A stretch of DNA of 64,000 nt from Klebsormidium nitens (GCA_000708835.1 DF237045.1:145820-209819), one strand, 5' to 3'; shown: positions 1 to 13,600, counted from the first letter of the stretch. Program-made: numbers and translations. Notes: generated from the letters alone by a model not told the origin.

Positions 1-146
1 CCCCTGACCTTCTTACACCTGACGTAACCGCCTGCATGCCCGGAACAATTTTCAATAACCCAGATACGGAAAGGGCCTAGATCAATATAGTCGATGCATA
101 TGGACAACATTTGACCAGGTGGGTCGGAAGTCAGCTAGGCCTCTTA

Positions 147-646
147 CGGCCTTTTCACAAGGGAGAAACCGGAGTTTGACCGGAGTTCAACCGGGGTTCG
201 ACCGGAGTTTCAAGGTGCCAGGTAGGCAGACTTTTACCCAATCAGTGTCAGGTACTTGTCCAGGTCACTCCCACATGGTGAATGAAAGTTGCAATCAAAC
301 TCCGGTGCTGTGAAACCGGCTGGGCCGAGTTTTTCCAGCCCGGCGGAAAAATGTACTCAATCTGTACAGGTTCTGTACAGTAGCTTGTACCTGACCTCCA
401 ATTTCCGCCACGGTGGCAGGCACCACAATCCGCGAGCCAATCAGCGTGCGAGTTTGACCTCCGGAAAACTCCGGTCGAACTCAGAGGCCTCCGGAGGCCT
501 CTGAGTTTTTTGCCCCTAGCCGGAGTTTGACCGGAGTTCGACCGGAGTTTGGAAATCCGACGTGGCACAAACTCCGGTCGCAAAAATGTTAATGAACGAC
601 CTGAGTTTGAACTCCGGTCAAACTCCGGTCTCTTGTGAAAAGGCCG
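147..646. mobile_element. Non-autonomous MITE, PIF/Harbinger (Tourist-like), inside a BCAT intron
   Basis: Left end CGGCCTTTTCACAAG..ACCGGAGTTTGACCGGAGTTCAA (147-190) is the reverse complement of 607-646, apart from a small indel. TTA flanks both ends (144-146, 647-649). Internal CCGGAGTT repeats; no transposase ORF. TTA/TAA target duplications and GGCC-type TIR ends are typical of Harbinger. Confidence 0.85.
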
Positions 647-834
647 TTACTCGAAACCTCTACATGCTACTGTTCTTCTCCATCTGGAAGTTTGGACCGT
701 TCACTCCACTTCCACATTAATTCTCTTGTGGCAACAACACCAAAGGCTTCTTGGACGTGACCTTTCAACGGACAGTCGAGTGTATGCCCTCAGAATACTC
801 ATTCACAGGGGAAGGAGAAGAATGGGTAACCTAC

Positions 835-2693
835 CGGAGCATAGTTGCTGATGGTCTTCACGCCCCCCGAGCCCCCCGGGCTCGCCCTCTTGAAGACCTC
901 TTCTACGTACAAGTCCAAGGGAGACATTTGCCCAGTCTGTGACGGGGTGTGACGTTTGTTAAAAGCGTTGTCGAGACAGCAGAAAAGGCTCAAGACGGCT
1001 GTCCTATCGAGCATGTCTACAAACTTCAAGGGGGACAGCTGACCAGTCTCTACCGGAATATACAGCTTGTCAGTAGCGCGTTTGTTACAGCAGGGGACGC
1101 GGTCCTGTCTGGGAAACACGCGCAGTCGAAGCGACAACAAAAGCCACTACGGCCGGGTAGAGGGGGCCACTCCGTCTATGACCAAGTTATCAGCAGCGCG
1201 CTTCCTATCCGAAAGGCCACCTTGAGGATACGTTTCACAGGCAGCACAAGCTCAGTCTCGGCTTTCAGGATCGACGGATTGGATGTGAACAAGCTCATCC
1301 TATAGTGGACCTTTCCTATGGATGAGAAACAGCAACAGCCCAAAACCAGCTTTTCGCAAATCCTCTTCTCTGGACAATCTTTCCTGTATTTGATAAGATG
1401 AGGGCGACCTGCTTGACCAGATCAAAGCTCGCAAACGAGACTTTTAGCGACAAAAAGCACTATCCTCACCTTGAAATACGACCCCACTGGCGACACAAAC
1501 ACGAGGAACGTGAACTCGGGCGCCGGCGCGAGCCCCAGCACCGCGCCCGTCCCAATCAGCAGCGGCCGAATGTAAAGGGATCCCTTTCCGTACGGCGGAA
1601 TCCACGCTTCGTTCGCCAGGACGGTCTGCTTGACGGCGTCTAGAAAGAGGTCCTTCGGCGGAGCCGGCATGCTCATGCGCCCGGCGCCGTAGGTCATGCG
1701 TGCCGCATTCTCCTCGGGACGGAAGAGGAGAATACGCCCGTCGGCGGTGCGGCTGGCTTTGAGGCCCTCAAACACGCCCTGAGAACACGGGGTCACGCTG
1801 AGTGTTGAATGACGAAGGACTGGCTTCTTTTTGCTGTCGCACTTTGCATTGTATCCGTCCCATGTTAGAAGAAAGATCAACGGGTTTTGAAGGGCTCAGA
1901 AATGCGGGCAATCTGGAGGAAACAGTGCGCACAGGAGCGCCAACTGTGACTCGTTGCTTATCGGAAACAACTTAGACAGGAAAATGCTCGTCGTGAATGA
2001 AGTTTCTCGAAGAGAAACCTGTATGATGGTGGCAGGGTTGCAGGGGGCCGGGTCTGGCGGCCAAACGAGGTCGCAAGCAAAGTGGTTTTCATGAGTCTTA
2101 AAAGGAACCAGCAGTGCCGTCAATAGAGGCCGCCCAACCAAGGCCATCTGAAGATCGTCCCATCACTCCCAGAAGTACCTTGGCGAGACCCGAAAACCTT
2201 GCGTTCACTCCCGCCTTCAGCTCACTCCTTTATTCGGTTTTCACAACAGCCATCAACATGCTCGTGATCATCCGTGCTTTCCCTGTGTTGTCTTTCTCTG
2301 GCCTCTCTGCAGCGCACTGATCATCTGCAAGTTCCTTCTTTCACCATCAGCTACGGCGCTCACCTGGCCGTAATTCAGCACCGCAGCTGAGGGGCTCATC
2401 GTCATATTTCCGAATGGTCGCAAGGAGCCCCGCCACTCTTCCGTCCCTAGTTGGCATGTCGCCACATACATGTAGTCCGTATCCCGGATTCCGAAGCCGA
2501 TGTTATCCCAGTCAATGTCTACTGTCGATTTACTGCAGCAGATTTGGACCTCCATGAGTCAAAAGTAGGAGGAGGGCCCACGCTAGCCACCGGAATGGAG
2601 GGGCAATAAGTTTCCTACCGCATGAGGATGCATTCAATCCTGGAACCAGTGTTGATAGTGAAGTGGAGCTGGACTTCCTTCATCCTACAAAAA
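835..2693 (-). CDS. BCAT: Branched-chain amino acid aminotransferase (PLP fold IV), multi-exon, 3' part continues beyond the left edge
   Basis: Phase-compatible exons: ~2364-2532 ([21 protein letters not shown]), 1470-1778 ([40 protein letters not shown]), 835-936 ([18 protein letters not shown], catalytic Lys). A possible upstream exon lies at ~2618-2693; the true start is uncertain. Confidence 0.93.
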
Positions 2694-3869
2694 GTAAGCT
2701 TTTCACATCCAAAACATGCCAAGTCTAATTGAGGACATCACGAGCATGCCCACCGTTCCGAAGCTGTGTGGCAGAGCCTCACAATCATCACCGCTATTTA
2801 CGGCCCACCGACTAATCATCTATGCGAACGGCCCGCAGACATGTCTTTGCACTGACAGGGATGAAGACAAAGAGCCTCCTCCAAAGCACCCAGCCAAATA
2901 ACTGGCAACACAGACAAAACCTTTCTTGGATCTACACTTAACCGCCAGCCCCTACTCACGAACGAATTGCTGAACGCTGAGCAAGCACTTGATCATGTCA
3001 CCAATCACTACATTATATATCCACCGTAATGCAATAATGGCAGGACTCCAGTAACTGGCAATCTTTCCAACACAAGCTGCACATCCACATCGAAGTTCGA
3101 AGTCCAACTTCAGCGAACGAGACTCGCGGCATACCTAGTAGGAGCAGCGACAGCGGATGCTGCAGCCGCAGGCGTGCGAATATCTGCCCTGGCGCCTTGC
3201 AATCTCGTACCTTCTTGGTTCCATGGCAAAGCCTAGACAAGGGAAAGAACCGCCATAGTCTCAGCTTTGAAAACTCAACAGCATGCATGCACTGAAGCGT
3301 ATGTGCACCAACCATTTGAGCCCCAACAATATCATGGTCCTTCAGAAACTGGCATTGAGACCCATCAGCATCATTTACTTGATGAGTGAAAGTCAAAAGC
3401 TCAGACGAAGCTGATAAGGAGATATGCGCGCCAACAACAACCATGATCAAGCGGGACTTTGAGATCAGGATCACGATGAAGCACGCCGCGGAAGGTGAAT
3501 ACCAGAGCGGGGGACACCAGAGTGCTTGATCCGCTTTTTGCTCCACAAAAGTCACCAACTTTCTAAAACCCTAATTTACCAGCTGAGGCCAAGGTGATTG
3601 GTTTCAAGCTCTGCGGCGACTGATCCAGTGCAATGCACCAAATTCATTCTCTTGTAATCCGTGTCTCGTTTGACTTCTCGTCACCTAGACCATTACCAAC
3701 TTTGTGCTCCGAACCTTATTAGTTGAGGGTGTCGAATAAAAGTTATGCAGAAAGCCAGTGTTTCCACAAATCAAAAGAGAGATTGTGTCACATTCACATC
3801 CGATGAAGATTAATATCATAAAAAGCAAGATCTGGAAGCACTCATATCAGGACCTGTACAGGTAATCTT

Positions 3870-4093
3870 ACCTGCAAACACGACCGAAGCTCCGAAGCCC
3901 CCTGGCCTGAGATCAGCAACCTCGAACTTTTCAATCGCAACCTTTCTGACGGCATTTGAGATTGGTGCGCCCGTGTTTCCATGATGAGGGGGCTTGCAAA
4001 GCAACTAGATGTGCCTGCATTTGATGTATCTATGCGCCCCTGCGCCGGAATGTGCAATGAGGCGCTGGCCCCATGACATAAAGAAGACGCCAT
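3870..4093 (-). CDS. Possible N-terminal (transit peptide-like) exon of BCAT, or a uORF
   Basis: MASSLCHGASASLH... is Ser/Ala/Arg-rich and ends at a CAG|GTAAGA donor. I could not join it in phase to the downstream exons. Confidence 0.3.
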
Positions 4094-4644
4094 ACGTGGC
4101 TTCTGCCGCTGCTTTCCTATTTAACTACTCAACAAATTGACTCTGATTTGGAAGTGCCAGATTCCTGCTTACAGTCAAAGCCTCCTTCGAACCTGCTTGT
4201 GGAGCCTCCCTCGCGCAGTCCTGAGGCTGAGAACAAAGCAAACTTGAAAGGGAGCAAATTTGTGGGAGAATCGATCACATGCGGTGACTCGTGAGCGTTG
4301 GCCTGAGCAAGCAAATGAATGAGCAAGTGTCGAGCAAACAAATTGAAGGGGCCGCTGAGGACGTTCCAAGACGTTACCGGTGAAAGTGTAGGGTTACCGT
4401 TGCGTGACCAGATGTTTGGCTTTGCCACTTGCTTCAAGCTGTTGAATCCTGCTGAGCAGTCGATGTGCCTGTAAGTTTGATAGCTTGTGGACACCTAGGA
4501 TCCTACCTACTAGCCTGTTCCGCAAGGGTGAAGGCCCGTCAACGCCAAAGGTTGCGAGAGTCGATACCCAACTCGATGATAGGTATATTTCTCGATGTAG
4601 TGAACAGCAAGCCCAGTGAACAGTAAGCATTTTGGGGTTACTAA

Positions 4645-4653
4645 AAACCCTAA
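4645..4653. promoter_or_regulatory. Telo-box (AAACCCTAA) in the divergent BCAT / SPX-RING promoter region
   Basis: Exact AAACCCTAA here and at 3566-3574; AACCCTAA variants near 4690, 5474, 5501 and 5554. The telo-box is an established plant promoter/5'UTR element. Confidence 0.45.
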
Positions 4654-5581
4654 CCTAAGGAAACACCCGCTCCGCACCCGTACCCACCCTAACCCCCTAA
4701 TCAGCCCTACCCGTCTCCGTTACTGTTCACTGGCTGTTACTGTTCACTACGTCGATCGGAATCTCGATGATCTGTTCCTGCACTGTGCAGCATCCAGATT
4801 GCATGCCTGCGCAGTGCGCACTGCGCAGTAAATGCGTGCATTATTGGCGAGCAAGCAAGTCAAGCCCGGCAGGTATGCCCCGGCCACCGCATCACAGGCC
4901 GGTCGCGAGAGTCGAAAGTTGAAACCATATGCAGAAGTTGAACCTGAAAATAACCCAGCTATTAAACCAGATTCGGCCAGCCAGCCCGCCCGCCCGCCCC
5001 ATTGAACAACCTAACAGTGACCCGTCCTTTTAATCGGCCCCTAAATATTGTAATCTAGGTAGGCGCCGTACCAATTGCCAGGTCACGCCCCGGTTGAAAA
5101 TCCTTCAAGGGGGTGTGCACTGTGCATGATGTGCATGCAAGGCCCACTCGGGACATGCCAGCTGTCAAAGTGACAACTCGTTGGAAAAGCAGGCTTGCTG
5201 CCAGTGCCGCAAGTACGACAAAGCATTCTCCTTTTATTAGTGTCTCAGACTTCTAAAAGTGTGAAAACTCTTCACACGCTCCTTTATTGGCTCTCAAGGT
5301 GTCCGCGTGGATCAAATTGTCAGATCAGGTCCTTTGATCAAATTTCCGTCAGAGTTGTCAGATTTACCGTACAGTTTGCGGTACGGCTCCGGTACAGATG
5401 GGGACCGGGTCAGAGGAAGTGGCTACATACACTAAACCAAAAGTACTCTGCCCGGTTGTCACTGTCAGTGAGTAACCCTAATGTCACTAGGAAATGACGT
5501 AACCCTAACAAAACGCTAGTCGATTGCCACGAACCGTTACAGGTTTGCAACATAACCCTAATATCCTAGTGAGAGCCCCGG

Positions 5582-5638
5582 TCACTGTCAATGTCAATGT
5601 CAATGTCATTGTCACTTGTCAGCGTCACTGTCACTGTC
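5582..5638. repeat. Degenerate hexamer microsatellite (TGTCAA/TGTCAC)n
   Basis: tcactgtcaatgtcaatgtcaatgtcattgtcacttgtcagcgtcactgtcactgtc, about 9 units. Confidence 0.8.
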
Positions 5639-6053
5639 CTAACCACAGCCCGTAACCACTGCCAGACTCGTGACTCCGATGACTTCAGGTGTTTGAGTGT
5701 GCTTTACACCTATTTGGCGGGGCGGAGACACTAATAAAAGGAGAATGCTTTGATGCTTTTGCGCTAGTGCCAGCTCCAGGCTGAGCTCTTTCGAGTCTTT
5801 GCTGTGGTTGTCAAGTTTGAACAGGTGCCGTACCTAGATGCGCAGCAAAGGCGCACAGACAGCCTGCCTCACGGCTTCGATGTTGCCGCCAAGTATTCCC
5901 ATCTTCACCACTCGGCATCTGCATCTGAGCTCTACACGCCTCCTCCCACTTTTCTTTCCTTGAGCTTAAATTCCACAAAGACTGAGCTTAAACACCACTT
6001 AGAGTAACAGCCAATTTATTTGAGCAGGACCTTTACACGGAACGTTCGCAGAA

Positions 6054-8675
6054 ATGAAGTTTGGCAGCCAATTCCAGTGGTTCCTCCAATCGCAGATTAG
6101 CGGGGAGTACCGTGCACACTGTCTTCAGTACAAATCATTGAAGAAGCAGCTCTCTCCGTGCCGAAGGCGCGACCCTTCCGCTCCCCCTCCCCATGGTTCT
6201 CCATCTGTGTGGGACTCCTACAGGCCCGTGCGCGCTCATTGCGATAGCTGTGACGTTCATTTCTGGTCCAATGTTGGTAAAGAAGTCAAGGATATCAGTG
6301 CATTCTTCACAAAACGAGCGGCGTTTCTACTCCAAGAGCATGGCGTTTCGCCGGTGTATGACGCGCAGCACCGGTGGTTTGCTTGCTTTTTGGGGGATGG
6401 GTGCAGGGGTCATGCGCATGAGCAGGTTGTGGATGCTGAGCTGGCGGGGGAGGCACGTCAGCTCATTCAGTTCGCTAAGGCCAACACAATGGCGCTCAGG
6501 AAAATATTGAAGAAGTACGATAAGCTTCACCGAACAGGTGCGTATTTATGGGACTTCTGGGATATGTGCCTGGCTTCCAATGAACAAGTGTTGCAGGTTA
6601 GTGCACCATATGATGCAACCCTTACTTTTCTCTCCTGCATTCGGCAGGTCTCTGAAGTCAAGTGTTTGCATTCACCTTGCGTTGGCCTCCTCGTTGATGA
6701 AGCAATCATCTGAACTCAAAAAGGACTGCTCTTCCGAAAACACCAGCGCATCTGGCCCTCTCTGCCCTTTTAAGCCGTTGAATTAGGTGGTGCACGTGCT
6801 CATCTGCTTATTCTGCACTGCCCCGGCCCTCCAAAGTCAGCTTCCTTGTCAGAGTTCCACTCTGTTGATTCTACAAACAGATGAGGAGCATATTGCTCAT
6901 GGTCCTGGCCACACTGTCAACTGGTGTACAAAAAGGGAACGACGCTCCCAGTGAAATTTGCCAGGAAGCAGTCTTCATGCGCCGTAACCTTCTAGGCTTC
7001 AAGGGAATGGTCCGCAGATACTGCAGCGTTTCCCATGATCAACACGGAGATCATACGTTGGTATCTTGTATTCTCCTTCATCTTCTTCACACCTCGGCAA
7101 GGCATTGATCTGCTTGATCTGCATCAGCATCTGAAGCACTCTGTCCCCTTTACCCTGGCAGGAGCCGGCAAGGAGTTTATGCAGCGGTTGTTGCGCAAGG
7201 AGCACGGCAACAGCTTCTTCACGCAGCGCTTCCTTTTACATGAGCTCACGGCGCTACACTCCAGTCTCGGCGAGGAGAAGACAAGTGATGCCGCTATTGG
7301 CCGGGAGCAGAGGCACAAGTGCGCTGAGCTCTTACAGGCGGTACGTCTCTCGTTGACAGATGCGGGTACGGAGGCGAGGTTGCCAGGGCCATATGCGCTG
7401 GACTTGCATTGCAGCGTGTGCCTGGTGAGGCTTCACGCTGCATAGTTCCCCTTTCTGCGCTGATTGCGTGTGTGCACCAGTAGTACCATCTGGAAATCGA
7501 ATGGTCAGGGGCCTCTGTAGCTTGGTGTCGCATGGTTTTCCCCTAGTCAGGAGGTTATGTGTTCCAATCTCCCCATTTGGATGGAGTCGGTTATCTTAGT
7601 CAAGTAGGAGTGCCTCATGGGAAACCCTTGTGCTGATTATGAAGAACCCAGTCTGACATGGAAACGTTCTGGCTTTTTGGAAGCCCTGTTCTCGTTTTGC
7701 CCCTCCGCATCTGGCAAGGCCTGTCGTAGGATGCCATTGTTGTGAAGGGTGATCTCTGAACCGGAATAAACACTGCGATAAGACTTTTCAGCGCTTGGAG
7801 TTCCGACTCTGGATTCTGCTTGGGAATTGCGTTTATACTGAGGTCAGTTCGCCGCAATCAACTCATCGTACACGTGGATCAGTTTCAGAAGGCGAGGCAA
7901 TCGTTTTGTTTACCTCCTGCAGTACTCTCGAGACCTCTGCAATTACATTATCGAAGACAGGATTGGCCCCTCCTTAATACGTCGAAAAGCTTCAATCCAA
8001 CCACATGCGATGTCCATTGCTGACTCCGCATTCCTGCTCTTGGTGCAGGAGGTCTTCGTGGATCCAATGGGGCTCAAGTGCGGGCACGTGTTCTGCAAGT
8101 CATGCGCATGTCGAGTAGCCAGAATCCACCCCCTGAACCCCAAGGGTCTGAAGGTGGCTCTGAAAACCGCACGCTGCGCGATATGCCGCCAGGTGAAAAG
8201 ACCAGGGCTTCAGAACTTTAGTTCCATGCAACAGAACCTTAGTGCAGATGCTCCTTCGAGTTTTCGCAGAAGCACGAGAAAACCTGGGGTGCACAAGATT
8301 TGAGGTTTCCGGCGATCTCAAGTCGCTCAGCAGAATCATGATTTATATTTCGGTTTGCATAGCGAGCACTCTTGGGAGTGCTGTGTTGAGGATGGTTATC
8401 ATTAAAAGAGACAAGGCCTGCCAAGCATCACAAAGGCTGCAATTGATGCATCTCTTACTCTTTGTCCGTCAACGGAAGGCTTTTGATTTCGCAGCTCAAC
8501 CCCCCGCAAGACTCACATACTAACATTCTGATTTGTCCGACCGATTCACAACTTGGTACAGCTGTACGGCAAACGTTGACATAGCCCCAAATGCTTATCA
8601 GGCTCTTGTGTTGCAGGCTGACGTGTACCAGAAGGCCGTTCCGCTCCCTGAGGTTGGAGAGCTCGTGAAGAAGAG
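6054..8675 (+). CDS. SPX-RING E3 ubiquitin ligase, NLA/BAH1-like; last exon not identified
   Basis: SPX N-terminus MKFG..CLQYKSLKKQL and ANTMALRKILKKYDKLH (6054-6538). Exon from ~7161 (GAGKEFM..FLLHELTALH..LDLHCSVCL). RING exon 8048-8191 (VDPMGLKCGHVFCKSC..CAICRQ). Exon ~8618-8675 (ADVYQKAVPLPEVGELVKKR). Confidence 0.9.
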
Positions 8676-10666
8676 GTCAGTCACATTATTCGCGTCTGCG
8701 GGTCTCTGGCTGTTTGATGTGCTCTCTTACACTAATGCAACGAGGCTACATCCGTCTGCAAATTCGCAATAAGTAAAGGGCTAAACAGTGAAGGTTGTCA
8801 GTTTGCAGTGTCTATGGTCGTAAATGAGTCCAAAAATGAAGTCCTTATCCACGTTCATTCCCTGTCGACTAGGGTCTGCCTAGGTCCGCGACTGCAGAAA
8901 AGCTGGTAAAGATGCACAATGTCTTCGCACAGCTTCTGGTGGTAATGTATTTTTGTGCATTTCAGGTTTCCAAAGGAGTGGAAGGAACGCGAGCTTCAGG
9001 ACAGGCAGATCTTACCATACAAGGCCGATTCACGCCTTGACGGTTACATCCAAGCGCCCCAGCGCGCCCTGTAACTAGTTTCAGCAGAGAAGCCTTGCTG
9101 TAGTGTCGTGTTTCCAGCTGAAACTTCGCATGGGGGCAGCATGGCGGCTGTCCTCTTTGACTAGCGAAGTTGGCACTGCAACATTGGGTCACTTAGTCTA
9201 GGATAGCAGATCGGAACACTGTACTAATGTAGCAAAAGTGTAAAGTAGCTTATAGTCTTGGCTTCAAGCATCGGAGCTCCAAGCTAGACCTGCTTTCAGT
9301 CCGAGCTTAGGAGAACTTTGGGAATAAGATAGCTGGCTAATCTGTATAGACAAGCTGCCAGTTGTTAGCGGGTAGCTAGGGCATCGATCTCAGGTCTGCA
9401 TGTAGGGAGTGGGATTGTGGATTGTAGACAAGTTGAAGCAAGATTGGGATAAGGCTCGCAAAGGGCAGAACGAGTCTGAAGTTACGAAGCGTTCAACCAT
9501 TAGGGATACTACACGATCTTATGGTGGCAAACGCCCCCAGCTGCTTTGCCAGCCCGGTTCGACACCAAGAGGAAGAGAGGACTGATATCCCATTCCGATG
9601 CAGGCTCAAGAGCGCCGGTCCATTTTCAAGCTGCGAGGCCTGGCAAGTGAACCTTGCCAGTTAAATCAACTGAACGATCCCGCCATGCCACACCGCTGCG
9701 CTACAAACAAGGCGAGGCTGAGGCCTGAAACTTAGTAGTGCCCCGGTCATGAAGCGAAAGGCCGTAGCTTCTCGTTGGCCGAAGGGCCGGCTAGCTGTTG
9801 ATCTACATCGGCTTGTTATGAGTCATGATCTGTACGTGCAGGCGTGCCATGATATGCATGGAGGCTTGCGGTTCGAGACAATGATTGGCGTGCACCATAT
9901 ATGGTGCAACCCATGGCGCACAATTAAAAGGATCGGATACACGTCAGTTGAATATGAAGTTTTTTTATAGTTGACCGAGTTTTAAACATGACGGCTAGCC
10001 TCCCATGTAAGTTCGTATATCATTGCAGACGGTTGTTCCTACGTGACCGTGAAGAAACGTTGAACGTTCCTGACAATGATCCGGATCCTTTGCCACAACA
10101 GTAAGCTAGATATGTTTCATTGCACGCACCGAGTTCATATAGTACCTGGGAAGTTGAAGTATACGCACGCGACGAAATGTTGTTGAAAAAATGCGCATGC
10201 CCAGGGTACGCCTTTGATTCGATATCAGCGAGGGCCCTTTGGAGCAGAGGTTTAACGGGCGGAGGCGAGTCACATCATCGATCAGGCTTGCCAACATGAC
10301 CTGCGACTACAGAGAAAGACACGAGCTAGTCACGTACACACTGAGTGACACATATATGCAGTCAATAAAACTAAAGACCGTCTTGTTTCAGGGATGTATA
10401 AAGTCCGTCTATGCTAAGTTCTCTCTTTAGCCCTTATTTAATGACGGCTTCCGACACTCAACACCTCTGTATAAAAGGTAGATTAGATGACAGACACTAT
10501 CTAAGTCTGATTACTTCAGACCTTTCTACGTAGTATCACACTTGTGCGGACACATATTAGCAGATTGCCATGACTTCTTCAAGATAAACTCTCTGCTTAT
10601 CTAAATAGCAACACTACTTTCACATCATGGGGCCCGTACAGTCAAGCTAGTTTCGCTGGATGCCGG

Positions 10667-13600
10667 TCAAGTCTCCTGGAACTCGAAGACCTGCACCACG
10701 GTCACCCCTTCCGTTCCGTTGCACTCCGCCAGGAACGGAAGGAGCCGCCAGATCCGGACGGCCAGAATGACGTGCTCCTCCGCATCTTCCTTCTTTGGGG
10801 AGTGTACGTCCGGATAAGTGAACGAAAAGACGAGCTCGCAGCCGTCTTGGCGCGCGGCCCACGCGCGCGCAGCGGGCGACGCGACGCGCAGCTCGACTTG
10901 ACACGTGGCGTCGTACAGGCAGCTGATGGCCAGGAGGTGGATGCGAGGGCTGCCAAGAGACGATTCAATAGGGGTTTGGCAGCTGTTTTGTGGATCAGCG
11001 CTGTTTAAAGGATGCGCGGCGAAGGCCTGCCGAAAAGAAGTAATTTGGAGAAGCTCCGAAGAACTGATCTTGCTGACTTGAGTATTTCTAGTTTCGAATT
11101 CGTTTTGCGAGGACTGAGCGGAGTTTGGAGGCATTCAAGCGGCAAAAAGTCGGACATCAATCTGCTTGAACAAGAATGGTCGAAAAAGCACTATAAGCAC
11201 TTCGCGGAAACCCGGAGTGAAGTATTCAGCCCACGTGCACTCAATCAAACTGGCAAGTCGTACACGGAAGCACAAGAAGACCCCTCCAAAAATGCAATGA
11301 GCAAACAATCCTGTGGCCAAAGTAATCGTTCTTCTGGCGAAACATGCGGTAGAGTTTCGACGCGGAACGAGAGCCAGTTCCTTGGCAAAATTCAAGCTTT
11401 TTTCCGCACCAATCAAAGCGTTCTTTGTTGAACATCACGAGCTACCTGCGAGTCAAAAATGGAGTGACGACACCCCCCACCCCCAAACTCACTCTGTCAT
11501 GGATGAGAGCTCCTTGAGAATCTCGGTGAAGGGCACGTGCTTCGGGACGCGCATCACGAGCAGCGGCACCTTCGCGGCCGCCGAAACTCCCAAACCCTCC
11601 AGCCTTTGCGCGAGCGCGCCCGGGATGCTCTCCCAGGGGACGTCCAGAACGTGACACGTGGCGGACGGGTGGAGGCCCGCGAGCGTCTCGTCCAAAGGCG
11701 CGCGGGCGGCGCTCGCGCGTGCTAGCGCACCGCTTCGGAACTGCCCGCTTGGTTCCAACCGGTCACTCTCGGCTTGCGAATGGGCGTCACTGAAACGCCG
11801 CCCGTCTATCCTCAGCTGGTTATCCTCCAATTGAAGTTGGGCGGATCCCGCCGGAGGTGGAATAGTCCGGTCGAGCACGATTTCCCAGTGGCTTCCGTTG
11901 TCGAGCTGCGCGGTTGAAGCCGACCGGTCGATAGCGGCGTCGCTTTCGCTTTCTAGTGACGTGACGCTGACGTCACTCTGTTCGCTAAACTGGGCGAACA
12001 GCAGGAGGTCCTCGTAATCCTCCGGGGTCGCCTCGCCGAGGCCGAGACGCAAGGGGAGCGCAAGCAACCACATCCGCACGGATCAGAGTGACGTCAGCGT
12101 CACGTCAGCCGCAGGAGAGCAGATTGTCATGCGTTTGCAGCGGATATCTGTCTGGCCTGGTGGCCCGAACGGGTTTGTGGATGTCATGGTTACCGGTGAA
12201 AAGAAGACAGGTTTGTAATATTGCCTCAGACAAGTAAAACCTACGAATCTCAACCAAATCCAGGGCTCATGTCCGTAGCCTGTAAACGAACTGTCCTCGA
12301 AGCAAGCGACTGAGCAGAGGAGGCGAGTCACATCCAAGATAACCCAATTGAACGTTTGGACGCACAATCTGGAAAACATTGTGGCCCTAAGCCCAGTTGA
12401 GACCAGGAAAAGTTGCAAGACAGGATACTCTCTTTAACCGTCCCCATTCAAGCCCAATCTGTGAACGAGAGCAAAAGGAAGAAACGGTCTCATGTTGACA
12501 AGCAGGCACCAGTGGAACTGAGGACATAAAAACGAAGGTTGTCCCGTTTACCTGTCCGAACACGAACGTCAGGACCGCCCCGATGACGACCGCCATGTGG
12601 AAGCCCCGGTTCACGAGCACTCCGTGCGCGACGCCGTGCGCGCGCGCGGCGGCCGCGGCCTCGGCCGCGCACACGCGCCAGTAGAGCGCCACGTGGCGCA
12701 TGAAGGGGAAGCGGAACCAGGCGGTGTGGTCCAGCGAAGCGGCGAACGATTTGGGCACGTGGACGAGCATCCACTCCGGGAGGCGGAAGAAGTTGAACGC
12801 GTGCGAGCCGCGGATTAGTCTCCGTTCGTACGCCAGAAGCCGTTCGTTTATCGCCGCGTCTAGTTGTCCGTATTCACCCAGGGCGCCCCCGGCCCACAGG
12901 TCCCGGTGTGAAAAGGCGCCTCTGGGTCGGACGTCCGCGGCCGCGGAGGCGACAAGCGAGAAGCGCTTATGCGGTGCCACGTGGCCGAGAAGCGCTTCTC
13001 CGCGCCCCGCCCCGAGCGGCTTCATGAAGCAGAACATGACGTCATCCGTGGGGTCCTTGGGGTCGTGTGCGCGCACCATGAGGTCGACGAAGCCGGCCGC
13101 GCGCGCGAGCGCACGCCAGGCGGCGAGCGGCCGGAACGCGCGCACTTCGGACGCTTCCTCGGACGCGGGGACGCCGGTGGCCGCGTTGAAGATGCTGTGG
13201 GCCAAATCGAGGAGAGGAACTAGATCGGGGGTCGCGTCGTGCTCCCTGCACAGACAAAAGAAAGCCCAATTCACGATCAGTGCTTGTCAAATCTTGACAG
13301 AGTTTGTTAGTTATAGTGGGGCCTGTCATGGGCGCGATTTGATGGTCCTTGTCTTAGGAGATACTAATTTGGCAGGCTTTTTTGTTCGTTTATAAGTACT
13401 GGAAGCAGATTCAAAAGAAAGAACTCGTCCAAATGTTGTAGATTTCGGAACGGCGCATTGGTAATCAGCGTAATCAACCTGATAAGGCGCTGTCTTCGAC
13501 TTTCACAAGATAGAGAGCTGGCTTCGAGATCCATACTTTTGATGCACAAGCATCTCATCCGGATAAGATTTGTTCGACCAAGCGTCACTTTGGTGCCACA

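Noticed and set aside
3013-3558. 181-aa minus-strand ORF upstream of BCAT
   Set aside because: Non-ATG start, no recognisable motif; probably leader or intron sequence.
4640-5560. Telomere-like CCCTAA motifs
   Set aside because: Isolated single copies, not a tandem telomeric array; they fit telo-box promoter elements better.
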